Virus record (IMG/VR): IMGVR_UViG_2609459819_000002
Coordinates: 1-20,937 of that record
Length of the DNA: 20,937 nucleotides
Reading direction: 5' to 3' (one strand)
From: a virus
Taxonomy: Duplodnaviria > Heunggongvirae > Uroviricota > Caudoviricetes
Positions 1-8,790 of the stretch are shown in pieces; within the stretch, counting starts at the first letter, position 1, and the number at the start of each line of letters is the position of its first letter. The translations under genes were made by a program, and so were the position numbers. A model generated the notes under the pieces. That model searched no databases and had not been told where the DNA came from. It worked only from the letters and a program-made list of their open reading frames with translations.

Positions 1-549
1 TCAGCTAGCTGGAAACTTTTTATACAGAGTTGAGAGCCCTACTCCATACGTTTTTGATACGCTTTGTCGTGATTCACCGGTTGCCATCCGCTCCCCCATT
101 TCCCGCCATTGCTCATCCGTGAACTTAGGCCTGCGACCACCAACTCGCCCTTTTGCCCTGGCTACGGCCAGCCCTGCTAAGGTACGTTCGCTATTAAGAT
201 CAGATTCATATTGTGCTGCGGAAAGGATGTTACGAAAGTTATAGCGGCCGCTGGCTGTTTTGAGATCCACGCCATCGGTAATACTGCGGAAGTTGATACC
301 CTTTTCCTGTAACTGCTGGAACATCAACAGCGCATGCAGAACGTTGCGGCCTATCCTGTCCAGCTTCCAGACCACCAGTTCATCCCCCGGCTGCATAGTG
401 GCGATCAGCCGTTTTAGAACCGGCCGATTCGATTTCCTCCCGCTGGCATGCTCTTCAAAAATTTTCTCACAACCCGCTGACTTGAGCGCCGTTAGTTGCA
501 ATTCAGTGTCCTGGTGGTTTGTTGATACTCGGGCATAACCGTAAATCAT
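1..549 (-). CDS. Serine recombinase, DNA invertase (Hin/Gin/Pin family)
   Basis: 183 aa from ATG at 547-549 (MIYGYARVSTNHQ...), with the catalytic Ser in the N-terminal RVST motif and a C-terminal HTH (GLSTLYKKFPAS). AGGAGA RBS 6 nt upstream. Sits next to tfa and a tail-fibre fragment, as in Mu G, P1 C and e14 P inversion systems. Confidence 0.85.
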   Translation of the reverse strand: MIYGYARVSTNHQDTELQLTALKSAGCEKIFEEHASGRKSNRPVLKRLIATMQPGDELVVWKLDRIGRNVLHALLMFQQLQEKGINFRSITDGVDLKTASGRYNFRNILSAAQYESDLNSERTLAGLAVARAKGRVGGRRPKFTDEQWREMGERMATGESRQSVSKTYGVGLSTLYKKFPAS

Positions 550-554
550 GGGAT

Positions 555-580
555 TTCTCCTGTTATGAAAACAGGAGAAA
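555..580. repeat. Imperfect 26-bp palindrome (TTCTCCTGTT-ATGAAA-ACAGGAGAAA) just upstream of the invertase start; candidate crossover site or RBS hairpin
   Basis: Inverted arms tctcctgtt / aacaggaga read directly from the sequence. Loose resemblance to the ACAGGAA half-site of gix-type sites, from memory only. Confidence 0.25.
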
Positions 581-717
581 CGGCGAAGCATCACCAGATT
601 TTTGATGGTTATAAAAAAGGTTCGTTTCGAACAGGAGGAGTAGCGGAGGGCTATGTTGCTTAGTTTGAAAATAGCTGGTCTTGCTGATGCGCATTGATGT
701 AGCAAGACCAGTATGGT

Positions 718-1086
718 TTAAAGTTCCGGGATGACAGGCCAGTTAACATGCTCAGGGTCGGTTGTTACATCAACAGCCTTAACCTGATTCTTATATAAAA
801 GCCACGCCGAAAGTTTAGCTCTGTTGGCATCGCTGATTTCACCCAGCATCAGCTCTGTGCGCCAGTCGAGCATAATTGCATCAGCGGCGGACAGTAATCG
901 CTGTCGCTCATTTTCAGCAGCCTGGATGAGTTGTTCATGAGTCGGTGGGGGATTAATAATTGCCATAGCCTCACTTCTGGTGATTGGCACAAGCCCTTCT
1001 TTGATAAAAGCATCCTGTGTGCCATACGCATCGTAGGCATATACGACGTTATTTTCATCTTTGTAATACTTCATCATTGTTATCAT
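718..1086 (-). CDS. tfa: Tail fibre assembly protein (Tfa family)
   Basis: 122 aa (MITMMKYYKDENNVVYAYD...), with a C-terminal VNWPVIPEL-type ending typical of Tfa chaperones. GGTGGA RBS upstream; start overlaps the stop of the tail-fibre fragment; lies between fibre fragment and invertase. Confidence 0.7.
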   Translation of the reverse strand: MITMMKYYKDENNVVYAYDAYGTQDAFIKEGLVPITRSEAMAIINPPPTHEQLIQAAENERQRLLSAADAIMLDWRTELMLGEISDANRAKLSAWLLYKNQVKAVDVTTDPEHVNWPVIPEL

Positions 1087-1751
1087 TTTTTATCCACCTC
1101 TACCCAGGTAACATCTGACACTGTTCCTGAAAACTGCTGCACAATATAGGTCGCACCGGCAGGAACCATGAATGCGATAGTTGCTCTTTGCCCTGCAAGA
1201 TTTGTTGTCTGAGAGCCGCGAAAATTAGCCGAATTACCATTCACATTAACGTTGGCGCTCAGAAATGAACTACCGTCAGACAGCACCGCATTGACGCTTA
1301 CAAATATGGCGAAAGACTGGCTGTTGGTGTATACGACACCGAGATTTCTAGATTTCATTCCGCATTGACCAAACAACCCTTTCATATCTGAATAGTTTTG
1401 TGATGCAGCAAGTGATGATGCAGCAACACCAGATTCTGTTGATGTTCTGGAATCAGATACGCGGATAATTCCCTTGTTTGTAGTGGTTGCATCATTAGTC
1501 TTGCCTTGCAGAGCTACAATATCCGCATAATTCATCGCTGCCGCTTTTGCTGTTGCAGCAAGCGTTTCAGATTCGGATACCCTTGATGATGTAAGTTGAA
1601 CAATTCCTTTCTGTGTCGTAGTTGAATCCTGAGTTTTGTTTTGCAAAGATTTTATGTCCGTATAGTTTTGCGCGACAGCATTAGCTGTGGCTGCAATATC
1701 CTCTGCACCCGATATCCCCCCACCATCCCATCGGGACGTCGGCGTTGTCAT
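1083..1751 (-). pseudogene. Side tail fibre protein, C-terminal (variable) fragment
   Basis: 222-aa frame with three tandem fibre-like repeats (QNYTDIKSLQNKTQDSTTTQKGIVQLTSS / MNYADIVALQGKTNDATTTNKGIIRVSDS / QNYSDMKG). The frame opens abruptly with no N-terminal anchor domain, right after a baseplate gene fragment. Confidence 0.55.
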
Positions 1752-1862
1752 CAGGCTCCGCCCGCCGCCAAGTGAACAGGGAAATCACCACGGCGCGGGT
1801 CAGCGGATCCAGCGGTGCGCTGGCGCAGGTGCGTTTACCGTTCACCGTCAGCCACAGTTCCA

Positions 1863-2411
1863 TCATGCCTCCATCGCTTTATCAGGTTTGTCGGTGTTAC
1901 TTCCCTGACCGTTCTCTCTGTGACGATGCCCGTTATAGGCAAGCCGCATCGCTGACATGGTGGTGCCGCCGGAGTCGCACAGGTCTTTCACCTGTCCTGT
2001 CACTTCCAGGTCCATTTCAAAACGTGCCTTAGGCGCATTGCGAAACGTGATCGTTTTACCTGCACCGTCCACCACGATCCCCTCCCGGGTCAGCGTCACG
2101 GACTGCCCCTGATCGTCATAGACAGCCACCTCCCCCGTTTGCAGCCCTTTCAGGCGGTAGCGACGGTCCGACACCGTAACAACCACCGCATGAGAACGGT
2201 CGCCATCCGGAAACAACACCACCGCTTCCGCACCGCTGTTTGCCCTTGCGGTAAAACCGTAGGGTTCAAGATGTTCAACCCCGGCTTTGGGTTCACCGGC
2301 AATCAGGGACACATCCACGGTCTGACATTTCGTGGCGGCACTGATGCTTTTCACCACGGCCCGCCCAATCAGGCCGAGGAATTGTCGCTGCATGGCTTCA
2401 ATCGTCCTCAT
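1863..2411 (-). CDS. Baseplate spike / assembly protein (P2 gpV, Mu gp45-like)
   Basis: 182 aa; position and size in a Mu-like tail cluster, with start overlapping the upstream gene stop at 2411. Family assigned by recognition, not search. Confidence 0.6.
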   Translation of the reverse strand: MRTIEAMQRQFLGLIGRAVVKSISAATKCQTVDVSLIAGEPKAGVEHLEPYGFTARANSGAEAVVLFPDGDRSHAVVVTVSDRRYRLKGLQTGEVAVYDDQGQSVTLTREGIVVDGAGKTITFRNAPKARFEMDLEVTGQVKDLCDSGGTTMSAMRLAYNGHRHRENGQGSNTDKPDKAMEA

Positions 2412-3490
2412 CAGAACGGGTCCTCCTGTACTCTGGCTTTTTTCTTTTTCCGCGCGCCGGGGGCTTCGGGTTCAGGCAGATAAGCATCAGGCGGGCCGAC
2501 ACGGATTTCCGTCAGGGTGCCGTTCTGGTCCTGAGTAAACGTGACTTCCGAAACAAGCAGTTCGGTATTGTCGAAACCACAGACCGGATCAAAGACAATC
2601 ACCCGCTGGTTGGGCTGCCACAGCGTACCGTTACCCTGTCGCCAGCCCTGCACCACATAGGTGGTTTCATCCGTCCGCGCCGCCCGTTGTCGGGCTTCAA
2701 AGTCCGCACGGGCAATACAACCTGCCCCCGTAGCCTGCCCTGTCTGCCTGATATACATCGGACGGTAACGGGCAATAAATGCGTCCTCTGTGCGGGCCCG
2801 CAGCGCGGTGGTGGTGGCCTCACCGAAATCATCGTCGTTTCCGGCACGCTGCCCCGCCACCTGGTAAACAGAAAATCGCTCCCGGATACTCTTCTCCGTA
2901 TCGCAGGAAAGGATGTTTTCCCCGAGTACCAGCGCGGTATGTGCCCGCGTTGAGCCAATACCGCCAATCACCAGCCTGCCGTGCGGGTCGTCATAAGCCA
3001 GCGCCTGCTGCTGACCGAGTATTTTGTTAATCACCTCGATCACCGTTTCACCGTGATCAGGCTGGACATCAGGAATAACACCCGACGGCGCACCGCTGTT
3101 CACCACCTCAATGCCGAAGGGCGCAGCAAGCGCCTGCGCAATCTGTACCAGTGATCGTCCGTTAAACTGTGTCGGTTCGGCTGCACAGTCAATCAGGTCA
3201 GCCGTCAGACTACGTCCGGCAATACCGGTGCTGACCGAACGGGCATCGTAACGAACGGGCGTCGCCTCCACCCAGCCGGTGATCACCAGCTCATCACCAA
3301 TCAGCACCTCCACTTTTGAACCGTTTTTAATGCGCGGCTGAAGCGTGGTAATACCCTCATCACCCGGCCACTGGCGGGGGATCTCCACACTGAAATCCCG
3401 CGCCAGCCGTTCAATACCGGCACCGATGCGCACCGATGTCCAGCCATTCCACTCCCGGCCATTTACCCGTAGCGTGACATTGTCGTTCAT
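2411..3490 (-). CDS. Mu gp44 (P)-like baseplate hub / tail protein
   Basis: 359 aa; coupled overlaps at 3487-3490 and 2411; gene order matches Mu N-P-Q. Confidence 0.6.
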   Translation of the reverse strand: MNDNVTLRVNGREWNGWTSVRIGAGIERLARDFSVEIPRQWPGDEGITTLQPRIKNGSKVEVLIGDELVITGWVEATPVRYDARSVSTGIAGRSLTADLIDCAAEPTQFNGRSLVQIAQALAAPFGIEVVNSGAPSGVIPDVQPDHGETVIEVINKILGQQQALAYDDPHGRLVIGGIGSTRAHTALVLGENILSCDTEKSIRERFSVYQVAGQRAGNDDDFGEATTTALRARTEDAFIARYRPMYIRQTGQATGAGCIARADFEARQRAARTDETTYVVQGWRQGNGTLWQPNQRVIVFDPVCGFDNTELLVSEVTFTQDQNGTLTEIRVGPPDAYLPEPEAPGARKKKKARVQEDPF

Positions 3491-4815
3491 TGCACTGGCA
3501 CCTTCAGAGGGATCACCGGCACAAAGCCGGGATGCGTAATGGCATTACGCCGGATAATGTCCGCGTCACGCGCCGCGTTATCAAACCAGGTCGCCGCCAG
3601 CACCAGCGCGGGTAAAACCTCATCCGGTGTGCGCTGAATGATCCGTGCAGACTGTTCAAGGCGCGTGTTGATATCCGCATTCAGATCTGCTTTCACCCGG
3701 CGCAGCGCCAGAAACAGCGCATCGCTGGTTGTACGGGACAACTCCTTATCAATTGCCGTATTCAGTGTGTCGCGAATGTCAGTCAGTTCTTCCCACGTCG
3801 GCAGGTCAACCGTGTTTTTCACCGCCGGTGCATTGTTCAGTGCCGGATGCGTGACGGAAGGCCAGCCAGTGCTCTGCGCGGGTGTTGTTGCCTGCCCCAC
3901 TGTGGCATTCTGCATCACCGCGGAAGTTGTTGGCGCAGGCAATCGGATGACGGCATACGCCGCTTCGCTGATTGCGGTCGTACGAAGGGTGCTGGCAACC
4001 ACGTTACGCTGCTGCGTCGCCGTGGCGGTGGTTTTACTGTCCGTTTTCCAGACGCCGCGCGGTTGCAGATCGCTGCCGAGGCTGACACCGGAAAGCGTTT
4101 TGATCATGGTGACCAGGTCGCTGGCGTTACCATAAAGGCGTTTCCCGGTACGCCACATTTTCTGCACCTGCTCAACGAAATTTTTGCCTGACGATGGCGG
4201 CGGCAGAAGTACCGAGATATCACCCTGCAACAGCCTGGCGGCATCCGATACGGCAGAATCCACCACTTTCATCGCATCAGAAACATACCCAAGCATTGTG
4301 CTGGCATTACCGATAACGTCGTTCTGCACAAAATCCGCCACGCCATCGATACTGAAACCGCTGAAGCTGTCACTGATGCAGTCATCCAGTGCAGAACAGG
4401 ATGACATCAGCGTCTGCGCCGTCGCCACGCCTGATGTGGGGTAAGAGAGATCTCCCGCTTCGACAAACTTCAGGTCAAAGCGGACAATACGCCCTTCACT
4501 CTTCGATGTGCTGACCCGAACTTCCCCGTCAACACAGACTTTCAACTCACCGTATGTCGGGTGGACAAGCGTGCCGGGACCGGGTTTATTCAGCGCGTCA
4601 ATCAGGCGATCGCGCTGGTCAAAGCAGTCATCTCCCACCACATAAGCCGTGATGGACGGGCGGAAAGTGACTTTTCCCAGATCTTCGGTATAGGTTTTGT
4701 CGCGGTTCGGATATTCGTGTGTTTCCACACGACGGCCGGTTCCCGCACTTTCTTCTTCAACCTTAAACGGCACACCTCGAAATGACGCATCCTGAAGCCT
4801 GTCTTTCCACGTCAT
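3487..4815 (-). CDS. Mu gp43 (N)-like DNA circulation / tail protein
   Basis: 442 aa from ATG at 4813-4815 (MTWKDRLQDASFRGVPF...), GGAG RBS 5 nt upstream. The track start at 4821 is a GTG two codons further up. Confidence 0.65.
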   Translation of the reverse strand: MTWKDRLQDASFRGVPFKVEEESAGTGRRVETHEYPNRDKTYTEDLGKVTFRPSITAYVVGDDCFDQRDRLIDALNKPGPGTLVHPTYGELKVCVDGEVRVSTSKSEGRIVRFDLKFVEAGDLSYPTSGVATAQTLMSSCSALDDCISDSFSGFSIDGVADFVQNDVIGNASTMLGYVSDAMKVVDSAVSDAARLLQGDISVLLPPPSSGKNFVEQVQKMWRTGKRLYGNASDLVTMIKTLSGVSLGSDLQPRGVWKTDSKTTATATQQRNVVASTLRTTAISEAAYAVIRLPAPTTSAVMQNATVGQATTPAQSTGWPSVTHPALNNAPAVKNTVDLPTWEELTDIRDTLNTAIDKELSRTTSDALFLALRRVKADLNADINTRLEQSARIIQRTPDEVLPALVLAATWFDNAARDADIIRRNAITHPGFVPVIPLKVPVQ

Positions 4816-4825
4816 ATACACTCCG

Positions 4826-4856
4826 AAAATAAAAAAGCCACCTATTAGAAGGTGGC
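4826..4856 (-). terminator. Rho-independent terminator after the tail-operon moron
   Basis: On the minus strand: GCCACC-ttctaata-GGTGGC stem-loop followed by TTTTTTATTTT. Lies between the moron stop (4877) and the RBS of the next tail gene. Confidence 0.5.
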
Positions 4857-4876
4857 CTTGTAATGAATTTTATTAA

Positions 4877-5407
4877 TTAGCGAGTCAGAAACAACGAATC
4901 TTTATACTTTTGCTGTTGTTCATTTAAATACTTAGCTGTTTCATCGCTGGCAAATGGAAATATTACCGTATTTTTAGGCATGGTAATTTCTTTTTTGTCC
5001 AGCGTCAGAGTAAACATAGGAACATACTGAGCAGAGTAACGCACCGCAGAAACGAGCTCTAGTTTAGACTCTTCAATAACACTTAAATTATCCAGGCTAA
5101 CTTTCTCTTCATCTTTTTTCTTTGACGCATTTAAAGTTTTTATTACTTTATTTAATTTCTCCTGAAAATCCTCCTTAAAGTTTTCAGGATTGCCGTCGAC
5201 AACAAGAATCTGTTCACCCTGATTATCTGGAAAAATAATCTTTGCACTTATCAATTTATTTTCTTTATAAACATCACCAAGTTTTATGGCTCCTCCAGAT
5301 AACTGAATAATATGTTCATCTTTAAAGGAGATGTTGCCAGAGATTATGAGAGATGAAAAAACAGCCGCTGCTCCAAGAATTACACTTGCTGTGATATAGC
5401 CTTTCAT
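4877..5407 (-). CDS. Hypothetical signal-anchored or secreted protein (AT-rich moron in the tail operon)
   Basis: 176 aa; hydrophobic N-terminus (MKGYITASVILGAAAVFSSLIISG) followed by a K/E-rich soluble part. Markedly AT-rich compared with the flanking tail genes; has its own candidate promoter and a terminator. Confidence 0.6.
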   Translation of the reverse strand: MKGYITASVILGAAAVFSSLIISGNISFKDEHIIQLSGGAIKLGDVYKENKLISAKIIFPDNQGEQILVVDGNPENFKEDFQEKLNKVIKTLNASKKKDEEKVSLDNLSVIEESKLELVSAVRYSAQYVPMFTLTLDKKEITMPKNTVIFPFASDETAKYLNEQQQKYKDSLFLTR

Positions 5408-5442
5408 TTTTCGCCTATTAACATTTTTCTAAATGTGCATTA

Positions 5443-5470
5443 ATTCTATCACTCTATTTATGACTTACAA
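5443..5470 (-). promoter_or_regulatory. Candidate sigma70 promoter for the tail-operon moron
   Basis: Minus strand TTGTAA (-35), 16-nt spacer, TAGAAT (-10), about 35 nt upstream of the moron ATG. By eye only. Confidence 0.25.
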
Positions 5471-5498
5471 CCAGCAATACCTGTGAGGGGAATCCTGG

Positions 5499-7331
5499 CT
5501 ACCAAAATCGGGTATAGCCAACATCGTGATTTATATCAATGCCACTGGAGCGTGTTTCCGTAACCCGCATACCTGGTGGCATATTTATAAATGATACCTT
5601 GATCTCACCATCAACTTTTGGCGCAGAAGCTTTGTTAATCATGAAGGGATTCGGGCCTGTGGCATCGGAGGCGTTGTTTGACTGAGCCAGATCTACCGCC
5701 GGATAAGGTGTGTATCCCCGCGCCGGTATTCCCGTCCCATAAGCATCATAAGCACTCGCGCCCCACTGCGCAGAGTTAATGGCATCGACCGTGTCACCGG
5801 AACTGTCGGTAAACCACTCAATAATTGGCTTCAGCTTATCCCACATATCCTGAAACCACTTAACAACCGGTCCCCAGTTATTGATCACCATCCCCAGCGG
5901 CGACCAGGCAAAAACCTTCTTCAGAAGTTCCCAGCCAGCCTCAAAATAAGGACCAATGGTTTCCCAGAGCTTCTTAAAATAAGGTCCGACAACATCCCAG
6001 TTAGTGATAATTAATCCCGCAGCCAGAGCAATCGCCGTCGCAATCATGCCAATCGGCGTCATCGACATAATCCTGCTGACAATACTGATGGCACTGCCCA
6101 CGCCCATCAATCCCAGTTTCAGAATCGCAAGACCGGCAGCAAGCCCGACGACGCCGCGAATAACCCGGGGATTTTCATCCGCAAACTTCGTGAATTTCTC
6201 CCCCAACTCCCCCAGCCACTGCGTGATATTTTTGGCGTCACCAGAAAATGCGCCGCCAATAGCTGCAAGACCGTTAGTTGCGGTCCCCGTCATTGCCTCC
6301 CACAGGTTGGACAGCGTACCAAGCTGAGCCTGAACACGTTTATTCAGGCTGGCCTGTTTATTCATCTTCTGCTGGATCTGATCGTAGCCATCCTTTCCTT
6401 TATCGATTAGTGCATTGACCACCTGAAGGGTTTCGGCATCATCACCAAATATTGCCTTAAGTACGCCTGTTCGCTTAACGTCGGTCAGTTTTCGCAGCTT
6501 TGCCAGTTGCCTGAACATGTTATCAAGACCGCCAAAACTCCCTTTGCCGTCAGTAAAATCGAGCTGTACCCCGAGTTTCTGGCGGGCCATGATTTTATTG
6601 ACGTCCCTGATTTTCTTAACGCTTAATCCGGACTGGATAACTTTTCGCAGGGCGTTACCTGCCGACTCCCCGTTCATCCCCATCTGATCCATCATGACGC
6701 TGATGGGGGCAAGGCTCTGTGCAGCCTGAAGACCGTCCTTGTTCACCATCTTCAGAACAGAGCTGGTTTTAGTGAAGAAGGACAACATGTTGGTATCGTC
6801 AACGCCCAGATAAAACGCCTTCTGGATAGTGTCGAACAGCCCCATCATGTCTTCTGACGCCGTTCCGGTAGCATCCTGCATCTTTGCGGCAAACTCGGCA
6901 GCCGCTTCCGGTGTTTTTTTCAGTTGTACCGCAAGATAAGCTGTCGCTTTACCCACACCGCCAAGAATGTTTTCTGCCGGGATCCCCTGACGCACCAGCA
7001 TCTGCATCATGTTCTGGAAATCAGCCGTTGTACCGGGTAGCTGATTACCCAGGCCAATAGCCAGTTTATTGATGTCCTGAAAGCTCTTTCCAACCTCGCC
7101 GTTCGCATCCATCATGGCGACTTTCAGCCCGGTGGCGGCGTTTTCCTGATCGGCATAAGATTTCAGGGAAAGCGTCAGACCCGCTGCCAGTCCGCCACCA
7201 AGCGCTAGCCCACCCTGTGACGCTTCTTCCGCCTGGCGTTTAAATCCCCGGATTTTCTTTTGCATTTTCGACAGCGCGGGAGAAAGCCTGTCGACACCGG
7301 TGATCAACGCCTTAAGCTCAAATTCCGCCAT
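5499..7331 (-). CDS. Tail tape measure protein
   Basis: 610 aa; Gly/Ala-rich and hydrophobic central segments and a Trp-rich C-terminal part (WDVVGPYFKKLWETIGPYFEAGWELLKKVFAWSPLG). Positioned after chaperone-like ORFs and before baseplate genes. Confidence 0.8.
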   Translation of the reverse strand: MAEFELKALITGVDRLSPALSKMQKKIRGFKRQAEEASQGGLALGGGLAAGLTLSLKSYADQENAATGLKVAMMDANGEVGKSFQDINKLAIGLGNQLPGTTADFQNMMQMLVRQGIPAENILGGVGKATAYLAVQLKKTPEAAAEFAAKMQDATGTASEDMMGLFDTIQKAFYLGVDDTNMLSFFTKTSSVLKMVNKDGLQAAQSLAPISVMMDQMGMNGESAGNALRKVIQSGLSVKKIRDVNKIMARQKLGVQLDFTDGKGSFGGLDNMFRQLAKLRKLTDVKRTGVLKAIFGDDAETLQVVNALIDKGKDGYDQIQQKMNKQASLNKRVQAQLGTLSNLWEAMTGTATNGLAAIGGAFSGDAKNITQWLGELGEKFTKFADENPRVIRGVVGLAAGLAILKLGLMGVGSAISIVSRIMSMTPIGMIATAIALAAGLIITNWDVVGPYFKKLWETIGPYFEAGWELLKKVFAWSPLGMVINNWGPVVKWFQDMWDKLKPIIEWFTDSSGDTVDAINSAQWGASAYDAYGTGIPARGYTPYPAVDLAQSNNASDATGPNPFMINKASAPKVDGEIKVSFINMPPGMRVTETRSSGIDINHDVGYTRFW

Positions 7332-7506
7332 GTGTGCGTTTCTCCTGCTCTATCCTGTTTGCCTGACTGACCAGCAAGGGAATTTCACTGATCGGCATAT
7401 TCAGCAATTCGAAGGGATTAATGCGCCAGTAGCTGGCGCAGTCAAAGAAGCGATCAGTGAGGTATTCAGCCGTCAGGCCTGGAGGAAAAAACCAGCCACA
7501 AGCCAC
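7318..7506 (-). CDS. Tail assembly chaperone, -1 frameshift extension ORF (T-like)
   Basis: 62-aa ORF in the -1 frame relative to the ORF at 7473..7679, overlapping it by 34 nt and the tape measure start by 14 nt. Confidence 0.4.
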   Translation of the reverse strand: MACGWFFPPGLTAEYLTDRFFDCASYWRINPFELLNMPISEIPLLVSQANRIEQEKRTHGGI

Positions 7507-7679
7507 GCCGCTGCATTCAGGTCTGCCGGAGACATCTGGTCGACAGAGCTTTGCGGCACTTTCGCCAGCCGCACAATGTATTTCGACACCACATGCGCCA
7601 GAAGTCTGACGGACTCATCCTGATTCATCTGGTAGGGATAGCTCCAGCGACCGCTGGTATCGTTCATCTCTGTCACCAT
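7473..7679 (-). CDS. Tail assembly chaperone (G-like), possibly N-terminally truncated
   Basis: 68-aa ORF immediately upstream of the tape measure gene, containing an in-frame slippery heptamer near its 3' end. Confidence 0.4.
   Translation of the reverse strand: MVTEMNDTSGRWSYPYQMNQDESVRLLAHVVSKYIVRLAKVPQSSVDQMSPADLNAAAWLVAGFFLQA
7485..7491 (-). other. Candidate -1 programmed frameshift slippery heptamer (T_TTT_TTC)
   Basis: On the minus strand GGT TTT TTC is in the zero frame of the 7473..7679 ORF, 12 nt before its stop; the -1 frame continues into 7318..7506. Confidence 0.35.
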
Positions 7680-8241
7680 CCTCCGGACGGTTCATGTTTG
7701 AGGCGTTAACCTCAATCCCGAACGCTTCCGTCAGCATGGGTGTGCGTTTACACATCAGTCTTGCCGGACGAAAGACTTCCCATGCCTGTTTCTCCGTCGT
7801 GGCACCGGAATACACTTCCGCGCCGAACTCGTTATCACAGGCAAAACAATACAGGGCGACACCGGCAGAGATTGCCGATTTGCCGTTCTTACGGGGGATT
7901 TCGGTATACACCTCACGGAAGCGGCGCAGCCGGGAGCCTTTATTGACCCAGCCAAACGCGCAGCAGATCACAAAGAGCTGCCACGGCTCCAGCGTGATGG
8001 GCATCCTCTTGAATGCCCACTCACCCTTGGTGTGCGGCAACAGCTGAATAAATTTGGCGGCCCGTTCAGCCAGATCCTTGTCGAAGCGGTAACGAAACGA
8101 CTTACTTTTTTCCGCCATCAGGTCATCAAGATGGCGCTGGCAGGCCTGAATCACAAACTGGCAGGCCACAATCTTTCCGCGCACGACATCCCGGGCATAC
8201 TGATTGGCAGCATTTACGTTGGGGTAAGATTTCCGGCTCAT
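7615..8241 (-). pseudogene. Terminase large subunit, N-terminal fragment (truncated by deletion)
   Basis: Only 208 codons; Walker A-like PRKNGKS present. The frame ends in a non-terminase-looking tail and is followed within 1 kb by the tape measure gene; portal, protease, capsid, sheath and tube genes are absent. Confidence 0.7.
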
Positions 8242-8254
8242 GATTCGATGATTT

Positions 8255-8740
8255 TCAGATTGTCAGAAACGGGTTAGTGGCTTTCTTCTTCCCCGCCAGG
8301 CCAATCAGACGCTGGCGGCTGCTGGGGTCGAGTCCGAGCATTGCCCCCGTGCTGCTCATCTCGGACTCCTGTTCTTTTTTGGCGGTCAGCTCCGGATTTT
8401 TGACCATGCCGCCCATTGCACCGGTGATGGTGTTACCCTGTCTGGCAATATTTTTCACGGCACGTCGCCAGAACTCATAGGCCACACACCACCGCTCAAG
8501 TACCGCCAGGTCAGTCACGCACAGCAGGCCCTGACCGCAGAGTTCTTTGGTTGTCAGTTGCCACATGATCGTGGCGAGAGGGAGATCTTCTTCAGCGAAC
8601 CACTCCGGTGGCTCAACACCTTTGATGGGTGTAAAAACAGGTTCATCTTTATTCAGGGCTCGCTTGCCGGGGTTTCCGGCCAGCGCCTTGCGCGCCGTTG
8701 GCTTGGGGCGACGCCCGGAACGCCCCGCCGTTCCAGCCAT
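8255..8740 (-). CDS. Terminase small subunit (P27 family)
   Basis: 161 aa from ATG at 8738-8740 ([18 protein letters not shown]...), AGGAG RBS upstream. The track start at 8749 is a GTG. Confidence 0.8.
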   Translation of the reverse strand: MAGTAGRSGRRPKPTARKALAGNPGKRALNKDEPVFTPIKGVEPPEWFAEEDLPLATIMWQLTTKELCGQGLLCVTDLAVLERWCVAYEFWRRAVKNIARQGNTITGAMGGMVKNPELTAKKEQESEMSSTGAMLGLDPSSRQRLIGLAGKKKATNPFLTI

Positions 8741-8790
8741 ATGCGGCACTCCTGGTTAAATTTCATTTTTCGCGGGTATAAAAAAACGAT

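Noticed and set aside
260-1149. Plus-strand ORFs (260..538, 931..1149) and the nested minus ORF 849..1058 overlapping the invertase and tfa
   Set aside because: Each overlaps a better-supported gene in another frame or strand and lacks an RBS.
2139-4785. Multiple ORFs of 60-165 aa on the plus strand (and nested minus-strand frames) within the baseplate genes
   Set aside because: This region is GC-rich, which gives long open shadow frames; all overlap the coupled minus-strand tail genes.
6004-6327. 107-aa plus-strand ORF inside the tape measure gene
   Set aside because: Antisense to a 610-aa gene with strong contextual support; Pro/Ala-rich shadow frame.
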